The notes below the pieces were generated by a model. It ran no database searches and was not told the DNA's origin. It saw nothing but the letters and a program-made list of their open reading frames with translations. Shown here one piece after another: positions 25,935-36,500 of a DNA stretch of 64,000 nucleotides (within the stretch, counting starts at the first letter, position 1; each line of letters opens with the position of its first letter). The translations under genes and the position numbers were made by a program. This stretch comes from Owenia fusiformis (taxonomy: Eukaryota): positions 11,408,001-11,472,000 of the forward strand of contig CAIIXF020000001.1 in assembly GCA_903813345.2 (NCBI GenBank). Direction: 5' to 3'.

Positions 25935-28900
25935 GTGGTAGTTCTTGGTTTTATTGACCTCTTTTTCTGTGATCATGGAAACCACTTACCTTCAACAGAG
26001 TCATACACACAGTTGATGCAACTGCGACGTTTCCATAAGATTGTTGGCTCTCGTGGAATCCTTCACAAGAAATCTTCCACACCACTGCTCTTCCTATGTC
26101 TTATTCTAAGTGGTGACATCCACCCAAACCCAGGTCCTGTTAAATTTCCCTGCGGTATGTGCCACAAAGCAGTTGCCAAGAATCATCGCGCCCTTGAATG
26201 CGATGAATGTGGCACATGGGTACACATCAAATGTGGCAATGTTTCCCCTGCTGAGTACAATGTTTTTCTTGACGCGGGCAGTTTCACCTGGATCTGTCCT
26301 GGATGTGCCCTACCTAATTTTTCCAACAGCTTCTTCAATGACTCCACTCTTTCTCATTCCTCGGTAACAAACTCCTTCAGCGCTCTCTCTGATCTTGACA
26401 ATTCGTCATCATCATCTGATTCTACCGAATCAGAACCACCGAGGCTGACTGCACGAAAGAGGCGAAACCAGGTTCGCCTCATGTCTATCAACTTCCGCAG
26501 TCTAATTAGTCATGAGAAGCAACTACACCTTCAACAACTAATTGAAACTCACAAGCCAGATGTCATCATAGGCTGTGAGACTCACCTGGACAACACCATC
26601 GACAGCAAATGGATATTTGGTCAAGACTACCTTAGCCCACCTCCACACAGGAAAGACCGAAAGAAAGGTGCTGGCGGTGTCCTTATCGCAGTCAAAAGTG
26701 ACTTCATATCAGTCGAATATGAAGCGACAGCTGATTGCGAAATCATATGGTCCAAAGCATCTCTATCAAATGGGGACATACTGTTTGGATCCTTCTATCG
26801 TCAACCAAACAACGATACTGGTGCTTTGGACTCGCTCCAAACATCCCTCGATAAACTTTATGCTAATGGTAATACACATATGAAAAACATCTTCCTATGT
26901 GGTGACTTCAACTTACCAGACATCGATTGGGAGAAAGGAACTATAAGGCCTAATTCTCAATATTCTAATGATCTTAATGAGAAGATGATTACAATAACTG
27001 ATGATCATGGCCTAACCCAACTAGTCAAGGAACCAACTAGACAAAATAACATCCTTGACTTAGTATTCACTACATGCCCAAACCTCGCAGAAAGAATCTC
27101 GGTGGTTCCGGGCATGAGTGATCACGAGGCAGTCCTATGTGATATAAACCTAAAAATGAAAATTCAGAAAAAGAAGCCTCGTAAGGTCCACATATACAAG
27201 CGGGCAGAATGGACTGGACTTAAAGAGACTCTACGATCTAAGTTCAGCGAATTCAAAGAGAACTGTGAAAGTAGATCAGTTGAAGACAACTGGTCCTCCT
27301 TCAAATCTACATTAATATCGTCAATCAATGAGCATATTCCAAGTAAAACTCTAAGCGGGAAATTCAAAGTACCCTGGATTACCACCAGGATACTGAGAAT
27401 GATCCGACAGAAACAAAGACGATATAATGTTGCCAAACGTTCAAATGAACCTCATCATTGGCATAAATACAAATCACTACGGAAATTAATCCATAGTGAA
27501 ATTCGTAAAGAACATCAGCGCTACATCAACGATCTGCTTGACATTGATGAAAGCGAAATCATAAATGAGAATGTTCAGCACAAAGGCATTACCAAACGCT
27601 TCTGGAGCTACATAAAGTCTAAACGCAAAGATGCATCAGGTATCAGCGTGCTGCGTAACAAAGATGGCGACGAAATAACAGACGCCGCCCAGAAAGCAAA
27701 CATCCTCAATGACCAATACAATTCTGTATTCACAGATGAGGATGCCACTCTACCGACAATGGTACCTAGTCAAATTCCTGAAATGCCAAATATCAAAATT
27801 TCGACAAAAGGAATTCACAAATTGCTAACTGGCCTAAATCCATCAAAAGCCACTGGACCCGATCTTATTCCGACTAGGGTCCTGAAGGAATGCAGTGACA
27901 GCATATCACCATTCCTTCAAATAATTTTTCAACAGTCTATCGATGAAGGCTTAGTGCCTATGGACTGGAAACATGCCAATGTTACTGCTATCTACAAAAA
28001 GGGACGAAGAGATGAGGCTGTGAATTACAGGCCTGTATCTCTGACGTCAGTACCATGTAAAATAATGGAACATATTATATTCCATCATGTTATGGCCCAC
28101 TTTGACCTCTATGAAATTCTAGTAAAATTCCAACATGGATTCAGGTCAAAACACTCATGTGAAACACAACTTGTCAATACAATAGAGAATATAGCTCGGG
28201 CCCTCGACAACAATAAACAAACAGACATGTTGGTATTAGACTTTTCCAAAGCGTTTGACACGGTGGCTCACGAACGCCTCTTGCTCAAACTCGACTATTA
28301 TGGAATTCGCAATAATAACTTGAACTGGTTCAGATCCTGGCTTGTGGGAAGATCACAACAGGTAGTGCTCGATGGTGAATCAAGTTCAAAAACTCCAGTA
28401 AAATCAGGAGTTCCTCAAGGAACAGTTCTTGGACCACTCTGTTTCCTTGTTTATATCAATGATATGGGCAATAACCTATCATCCTCAGCCAGTCTTAAGC
28501 TTTTTGCCGACGACAGCCTTTTATTCATGACAGTCGAAAGCAAGCAAGATGCATTAACACTACAGGAGAATCTTGATAAACTGGTCTCCTGGGCATCAAC
28601 ATGGCAAATGAAATTCCATCCATCAAAATGCTATGTGCTAAATATTCACAAAGGTAAATCCCCTATCATGCACAATTACACCATGCTAGGGGAAAACCTT
28701 AAGTCGGTAACACACATCCCATACCTAGGAATTGACATCACAAATAACTTACGCTGGACTACACATATTCAAACTATTGTATCCAAAGCCAATAAGGTGC
28801 TTGGATTTCTCAGGCGCAACCTCCATCAATGCCCTGAAAAAGTGAAGGCTCAGGCATATAAGTCACTAGTCCGGCCTAATTTAGAGTATGCCAGCTCGGC

Positions 28901-29324
28901 ATGGGATCCGTACCGACAAAAAGATATTGATATGTTGGAACAGGTACAGAGAAGAGCAGCCAGGTTTGTAACCAAATGTCACTCAAGGGAACCAGGCTGC
29001 GTCACCAAAGCTCTTCAAGACCTACAGTGGGAGCCACTGAAGGAGCGTCGAGAGGCTGCTAGAGTTTTCCTTTTCTACAAAGGAAAGCAGAACCTAGCAG
29101 CCATCGACGTGCCTCCATACTTCCGCCAACAGATCAATACCAACACTAGGTTGTATCATCCTTCTAAGTTCATACAACCATCAACTAGAACGGATGCATA
29201 CAAATTTAGCTATTTCCCTAGGACAATAACTAAATGGAACACTCTACCTGGTGACATCTTAGACTGTGATAGTCTAAGTAGTTTTAAATCATCATACTAT
29301 GCCTATGTCAATAACTGCAATTAA
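25935..29324 (+). CDS. LINE polyprotein: 2A-like motif, PHD finger, APE endonuclease, reverse transcriptase
   Basis: GDIHPNPGP; C-x2-C...C-x2-C...H-x2-C...C-x2-C PHD finger; APE motifs GCETHL, GDFNLP, SDHEAV; RT motifs QHGFR, LDFSKAFD, GVPQG, LFADD, YLGI; first in-frame ATG at 26016. Confidence 0.95.
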   Translation: MVVLGFIDLFFCDHGNHLPSTESYTQLMQLRRFHKIVGSRGILHKKSSTPLLFLCLILSGDIHPNPGPVKFPCGMCHKAVAKNHRALECDECGTWVHIKCGNVSPAEYNVFLDAGSFTWICPGCALPNFSNSFFNDSTLSHSSVTNSFSALSDLDNSSSSSDSTESEPPRLTARKRRNQVRLMSINFRSLISHEKQLHLQQLIETHKPDVIIGCETHLDNTIDSKWIFGQDYLSPPPHRKDRKKGAGGVLIAVKSDFISVEYEATADCEIIWSKASLSNGDILFGSFYRQPNNDTGALDSLQTSLDKLYANGNTHMKNIFLCGDFNLPDIDWEKGTIRPNSQYSNDLNEKMITITDDHGLTQLVKEPTRQNNILDLVFTTCPNLAERISVVPGMSDHEAVLCDINLKMKIQKKKPRKVHIYKRAEWTGLKETLRSKFSEFKENCESRSVEDNWSSFKSTLISSINEHIPSKTLSGKFKVPWITTRILRMIRQKQRRYNVAKRSNEPHHWHKYKSLRKLIHSEIRKEHQRYINDLLDIDESEIINENVQHKGITKRFWSYIKSKRKDASGISVLRNKDGDEITDAAQKANILNDQYNSVFTDEDATLPTMVPSQIPEMPNIKISTKGIHKLLTGLNPSKATGPDLIPTRVLKECSDSISPFLQIIFQQSIDEGLVPMDWKHANVTAIYKKGRRDEAVNYRPVSLTSVPCKIMEHIIFHHVMAHFDLYEILVKFQHGFRSKHSCETQLVNTIENIARALDNNKQTDMLVLDFSKAFDTVAHERLLLKLDYYGIRNNNLNWFRSWLVGRSQQVVLDGESSSKTPVKSGVPQGTVLGPLCFLVYINDMGNNLSSSASLKLFADDSLLFMTVESKQDALTLQENLDKLVSWASTWQMKFHPSKCYVLNIHKGKSPIMHNYTMLGENLKSVTHIPYLGIDITNNLRWTTHIQTIVSKANKVLGFLRRNLHQCPEKVKAQAYKSLVRPNLEYASSAWDPYRQKDIDMLEQVQRRAARFVTKCHSREPGCVTKALQDLQWEPLKERREAARVFLFYKGKQNLAAIDVPPYFRQQINTNTRLYHPSKFIQPSTRTDAYKFSYFPRTITKWNTLPGDILDCDSLSSFKSSYYAYVNNCN

Positions 29325-29596
29325 ATAGGTGTGTTTTTAATATAGATCTATGTTTTAATGTAAAGGGTCCCCAGTGCACAGCAACAAGCCTGCACTACTG
29401 GTAAAGAGGGGTGATGTCAACGCGGTTAGCCTGACAGTCTCCCCAGGTAAAATGAGTTGTAAACCATAGATCTATTTTTAAATGTTAAGGTTTTAAATTA
29501 TATTCTATTCAAATTCTATCACTGTTAAATTATATATCTGCTTTATATGGGCTTATTAGCCTTTTGCGGATTATTGACATAGACATAGACATAGAC
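25935..29596 (+). mobile_element. Non-LTR retrotransposon (CR1/L2-group-like LINE), intact ORF, (GACATA)n 3' tail; 5' boundary uncertain
   Basis: Single 1129-codon open frame; 3' UTR ends in GACATA x3 + GAC (29576-29596); no TSD recognised. Confidence 0.93.
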
Positions 29597-30462
29597 TCTT
29601 TCATCCAAATTCTTTTCAATTTTCATCAAGCTAAAAAATAGAAAAGTCAAGTAAAAGAAATAAAAATAAACTAAAGATCTATGAGATGGATCAAAATTGA
29701 ATCCATAGTCTGTAGGTCCATAGTCTATAGTTGACTCCTAGTCTCTTAAACCTTTGTCTAAGGATGAATATGCACTGTTTGTTTATACTCAAATGTTCGA
29801 GGTGCTTTTGGAAGTAGGAATTTCGGGAGATGCACCTGTAGGGTCTTATTTATAAATCTTATTTATAAATCTGATGTAGAAGGTGATGTAAGTCAAAATT
29901 CCAATAGTCCAACTCATCAGAGCCGGGGCATCTTCATCTAGAGTTTCGGAAGACAGGTCTAAGTACATGTAAGCTTAGACCCCAAGGAAGATTGGAAGTG
30001 CAAGCCAGAGTTCCAACTCAATAATTTTTAATCTCCAAGTGATGCGATATTGCCAATCATGCCTGTATATTTCTACGGCTTCAGGTAGAAAGAATGATAT
30101 TTTCCAACAAAGCTGGCGTCATTATTGTTTAACATTTACATGGCTAAAAATTCACAATCAGCATTCAAAATTTAAATAAGTGGCCACTAATTAAGCCACC
30201 AATGACCTCAATTACTTCTTGTGTGTTTTGAATTTTTTGTTTGGTAATAAGACCAAAACTTGTGATTCAAATTTTGAAGTGAGAAATACCGACTCCAGAA
30301 CTGATGCTAGATTTGTTGGAGGGTATCAGTGTATGAATCACATTCAACCTAGATATGAAATCGCTTGTACGTGTAAAGACCCACCCGATTGTCATATTTT
30401 ATAAAACGAAATTACATTTCAGGAACCTAAACTATTGGCAGGTGCTCAGCTGTACACTGACT

Positions 30463-30586
30463 ATGGACATTGAATCGTCAGATGATGAGGTGCCAGATTT
30501 GGTACCTGCAAGTACAGTTGTTGAAGAAGAAGGAGAGATCCCAAATAGCAAGAAAGTACCTGTTACCATCATAACTGGTTTCCTTG
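30463..30586 (+). CDS. ZNG1: ZNG1/CBWD coding exon 1
   Basis: [15 protein letters not shown]...[11 protein letters not shown](G); donor G|gtgagt. Confidence 0.92.
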
Positions 30587-33500
30587 GTGAGTATTGATGT
30601 TACTGATTGTAACAAATAGATGAAAAAACATTTATTTCACTTGGATATTTTAACCTTTTACTACCAAGACGTTGATACTAGCTTTAATTGAATATTTTAA
30701 CATTGCAGAAAATGTTTAACTAATAGGATATCAAGTATCTATTTGTAAATTGTATGAATTCCTTCCTGCAGATCTCATTATTGCCTTTGGCTTTGTACAT
30801 GTATTCCTCTATCCCATATTTATCCAGGGATTGTTTGAAGGTCTCCCAGGGCTCACTCTATGAGTCTGAACACTTGTGAATATTAAATTCCACTCATAAT
30901 AATACTTTGACTGCTAAAGGAGTTTTCCTTACTTCTAAGCAATGATACTTCAGTTGCAATGTTATGTTCCTATATCTAGCGGAATAAAATCAACTGGTCT
31001 TTATCAAAATTAACCTGGCAATTACCAATGGATCAGCCCTTAGCTCAAACTCTGGTCAAGAAATCAATGTACAGATGTAGTAGTAATATTATTATATACA
31101 TGTACATGTTCATGTACTCATCTGTTTACAGGAGCTGGGAAAACAACACTGCTGAACTACATTCTGACAGAACAGCATGGCAAGAAAATTGCAGTCATTC
31201 TTAATGAATTTGGAGAAGGTATCTATTTTGATCACATTTGCTTTTCCTGGCAAAAAGCTTGACCCCATCACTTCAATGACCACACAACCAGCAATCAACA
31301 ATATTCTATCAATGGTGTGATAAAAATGCACCATCTTAAAATATTTATTTTATATTTATATTTCATCATCTCAATCCTGCTTCACCCCTGGAAATGAGTC
31401 AGAGTTTTCAGTACAAGTATCATTTTTAAAAGCTCAAAGGGAAACATTTGAAAAAACCTATACCCTATAAACCATATTTTGTCAATTAAGTGACAAAATG
31501 CTTAGCTTGTTAAGAGGTTTTTTGTGTGTTTTGCTGATATTTTGATATATTACAAATTGTAGGCACATCTATGGAGAAATCTATGTCTGTTGGGCAAGAG
31601 GGGGAACTGTTTGAGGAATGGCTTGAGTTGAGGAATGGCTGCCTATGCTGCTCTGTTAAGTAAGTAACCTTCAATAAAACCTCAATTTTGAGGAATCAAT
31701 GTGAGTGCTACTATAGAAAACAGGTCAAATTTTAGATAGATAAGATGTCACAACTGTAATTTATGTTTGAATTGAGTTACTAGTATTTTTTTATCAAAAC
31801 GCATGTGTCATTCATTTTTGTCCCATTGATGAATTGTCAGTGCAAGAAAAATGAATTAATAACTACTTTTAATAAGTGAAACCTGTCAGTTATAGTTCTT
31901 GGTTTTTAGGGACAATGGGGTTCAAGCTATTGAGAACCTGATGAAAAAGAAAGGAAAGTTTGACTACATTCTTTTAGAAACCACAGGCTTGGCAGATCCA
32001 GGTAAGTGTTATACTTTATCTCATTGTGTAACGGATGGCTTGTAATTAAATGCCTCAGTCACATTTGATCTACAGCAACCATATGGCAGCTGTAGCTTAC
32101 CAAAATCGAGAGAAATATGCAGCATAAAATATAGGGATAAGCAGTATGATGCAGATTTTCTTATCGATTTTGTGGAGCTACAACTGCCATTGAGCAAATG
32201 TGGCTGAGGTTTTAGTACCCTATCCAAAAGTTTGATTGTCTGTTTAAAAGAGAGCTTCATGTACACTCTGAGTTGGAGATGATCCATTAATTAGATTTAA
32301 CCAATCAGAATACTGAGAATACAGGTCATAAAAGTCTATATCATATGATCAATATAAAAAAGGTAATTCATAAGATGCTCCAAACAATAGGTAAAACTAC
32401 ATGTTTATGTGGCCAAAAGGATAAGGTATATGGTCTATATTGCGGTCTCATATTTTCGTAATGTCAAATAAACTCATTACTTTGCTCCTAATTTCTGGCC
32501 CTATCAAGATAAACTAATATATCAGGGATCTCTGATAGACCCCTCGCCCTCCCCTTCCTTAAAGGCTAACAGCTGTAACTCTCATACTAAACAGCCCTAA
32601 AAGTGTTTTCTTTCATAATGATTTGTAACTTATACAACCAATCTTTTTGACATTAACCTTCTTACTATAATTACTGAAGCTTCAAAATCTGAACTTGTCA
32701 TATTGCTTGCTAGACAAGGATATTTTTTCAAGCTTTGATAAACATTGTGACATTGGTACTTGAATTTTGGTGAGAGGTTAGTATTAGACACTTTCGTTTC
32801 ATGTTGGATTATGATTTGGGATAGGTGTTTGTATTCCTTATGACTAGTGTACTTTTCTGTTGGTACTTGCTGTTGTTTACCAAAGTCTGGTTATGGTGCA
32901 AGTAATTGGTTAACATAAATGAAAAACATTTTGGGTTTACTTTTTGCAGCCCTTTAATATGCATTGAAAGGCTTGATAATATAAATAAGTTTATTTTCTA
33001 TTTTAAGGACCGATTGCATCCATGTTCTGGATTGATGAAGAACTATGCAGTGACCTTTTCTTAGATGGTAAGTTTTCTGCACTTCTGAATTTCTGCTCGA
33101 CACAAGAAAATTTGTCATAAGGAGGTGGCGCCATCTATACTGTGGATGCATGCAATAACAAGCTGAATATCATTGATTATTTTGACTACAAAAGATGGCA
33201 GCTGTGATCATTCGCCTTATTTACTAGAGCTTATTATATTGGCCACCTGTCTTCATATTCTCAACGGGCTGCTGGCTGAAGTGGGAGGATTTTTTGCATT
33301 CAAATGTTCTAGTCTGCTCACACCTGTTTTGTATTTTGTAACTCCAGCTTAATAATAATCTGTATTTCTTTTCATTTCTATAGCCCACATATTGTATATC
33401 TTGGCAACACATTTTGGAATCTGCTTTGGAATATTGGTACTTGAATGATGAGAGAGGGGGTATTAGAGACTGCTTCTTTTCACATTGGATTATAATTTGG

Positions 33501-36500
33501 GATAGTTGGGGTTTGTTTCTTTATGACTGGTGTACACTTAGATGTTTTCCTTTCTTGCTAACCAATATTTGGTATTTTCTAATTGGCACTTGCACATACA
33601 TATTTTTCTTTACTACTACCAAGACCATAGGCCCCGGGAACATGTATAAAATAGCGAGTCGATTCTGTATTACTACTTCTTCTTTTAGGTGGTTATCCCC
33701 AACCAGAATCTTACTGCATTAAGGTCCGATTCGCGAATTTTAAGCTTTGCCAGCTTACCAATTATCACTCAAAAGTAGGATCGATACTTCGTTCAACTTT
33801 TGTGTGTATTAATAAATTTTTATACTGTCTATCTCTAGCTTTAAATCACCTGTTAATTCGAAATCATTCCCTTTCGAATTTTGTCCAGACCCGCAGCCAT
33901 CTTGTTTTTGTCATAGCTGGTTGGGGTGTCACTCCGGTAAATACAACTTGCGGTGTTTTTAATACTTTAAAAACGAAGCCATGCCAACTTCTATGGTGTG
34001 TATAGTAGGTTTAAATGTATGCATTGTGGCCATTTGAGGTATGTATGTAAAGCTGAGGCTAAGTACTTTCAATTTTTTCAATATTTTTCAGTGATTTACA
34101 GGAGTGACACCTTGGTTTAAGCATAATGACAAAGTTAAGTAACGTTATATCAAACTACATTTTTACTATAATTAAGCTTTTCGTGTATTCAGTCAATACT
34201 GAAATTATTTACCTTTAATATATATTTATCAAACAGTTCCAATCTGTAACACATGAGTATAATTATAACTTGAAGTTAGTGATTATTTTATCTGTTTTTA
34301 TTCAACTTCCGGCAGGGTCCCCTCAGATTTCGAAGCACAGATTTTGCTAACCGATGCTCGAAATAATGCAATGAAATAGGGTGCAAGTTCGCATATCTGT
34401 GATGATTCATACCGTAAGTTACTATTTAGTAGTTTATCTTACTTTAGAATCATATAAAACCCAATGAAAAGCGATAATCTTTGCACAATTAACCATCGAA
34501 AGTTGGCATATTCATAATTGCTGGTTGGGGATAACCACCTAAAAGAAGTATAATACAGATGTCGACTCGCTATTTTATACATGTTCCCGGGGCCTATGAC
34601 CAAGACCAATAAGTTTTATTGAGTCTTTTTACATTTGTATGGATCTTTCATGGGTTGTGTGTGAGGAATTAGATTATGGGTAGCTTTCAGTCAACAAAAA
34701 ATATAATTGGAAAGCACAAGGACCAGTGCCCAGATAACAAAGAAATAATATAAATAATCCAACTTATATCCTTGTAATTAGTTCATAATTCAGTACATTC
34801 TTTGTAGAATCATACTACAACTATGCAAAACATCTCTCATCGAAAATTGCTTATCCAAAAAGCCCATTAATCTCTTATAAGCAGATTCAAGTAGCACATC
34901 ATTAGAACAAGGATATAAATTCTTTATTTAACCAAACCAAACAAACTGATGGTAATTTGTGAACCTATCCCTTCTCTTACAAACTCAATATTTCAGGCTT
35001 CTTTTGATTTATTTTAAAGGTTAAAATTATCATGTGGTAAAAAGTTGCACATTATGTCATTGGATAATGTTTAATATGTAATTCATATAAAGAGTAAAAA
35101 TTGCATTTCATGCACATTTCTTTAAATTGCTCAAGTTATCTCATTCAAATGTTTTTGTATGCTCTACAGATGTACAGTTAAATTAAATCACATACAACTA
35201 CAAAGACATACTTTTACAATAAAAAACAAACGAGTCAATAAACACAAGATTAAAGGCTGATATTTATCATAAAACAGAAAATGGCTAGGAGACTTTGTCT
35301 CAGTTTTCTTGTGTTTATTTTGACAGCTGTAAAGTTTGCATTAGGAATCTGTAATGTTTACAACAGACTGACACTTTCTCTAGGAGAATGTGACCAATAT
35401 GCTTCTGTTTTCAACACATTGGTTTAAATTGTCACTGGAGATCCTCTATACATATCTGTGTTGATACCTCTAATTGTAATGAAAACTGTCATTGTTATAT
35501 AATCTAAAGTGTGCATTGTGGAGCTGCATGTATATAGTTCAGGGAATTTGGGAAATTTTGTCCCATAGATGAAATTTCCCCTGCCCCGAAATTCCCCAGT
35601 CATACTTTTTACATTTACCCATCATATCTTTATAATTAGATAGTGAACACTATATGTTTTAGCAATTATTTAAATTATTTCTTTGCTGAACAGGGAATTG
35701 AAAGCTACATACCTTTGTCAAACAGTTCGTAACTGATCAACTGAGAGATCTTCTTGCTAAGATTTTGTCTTAGATACATTATGTTTGTGCTAGGCCCCTG
35801 GGTGCAGTTTGCTTAGATGTGAAACTGGAAGTGACTTATACTTCAATTTATTTCTAAGTAGAATAAACAGCTCCTGGTGTAGGACTTGATATAGATCTCT
35901 CTAAGCCCAACAATCAAACAGTTCAACACTTTCATTTCAAAAGTAAGATTCTGGCATTTATTTTCATTGATAACAAATCTAGCAAATTGCTTATCTGCAA
36001 ACGTTGTGAAAGAAAGTAAACTGATATGCTAATAAAATAACACCAGCCAATTTGTAGCTCTCTATCATTTATTTAACTCCAAACTTAAATAAACTTTCCT
36101 CATGGAACATATGTGTTTTACCAAACCAGGGAGCAAGTTTCACTTAGAAAAATATACCATTGAAATTCCAATCTGAAACTTTTTGAAAGTGTTTGATAAT
36201 AAGATTAAGCAAGATTCTAAAGAATGAAACTATTGGTCAAGTTAGCGTCTCTTTTTTAAGAAACAAAAAAGATCAATACTTGTAAGACTTGGTAGTTATC
36301 GAGGGCATCAAGCCCTTTACAGCAGAGACACCTATATGTAGTAGCCAAGCCATGCAATGTGCAGCGCCATTTGTAGCTCATTCAAATATTCATCCATCCC
36401 ATCTTGAGATTCTTAAACTTATTTATTATTTTTTCAGGTATAGTCACAGTAGTTGATGCCAAATACTGTCTGCAGGTATGTAAGAACAATATTTGACTGT

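Noticed and set aside
26110-27436. Alternative-frame and antisense ORFs inside the LINE (85, 102, 90 aa)
   Set aside because: Overlap the RT polyprotein frame with no recognisable motifs.
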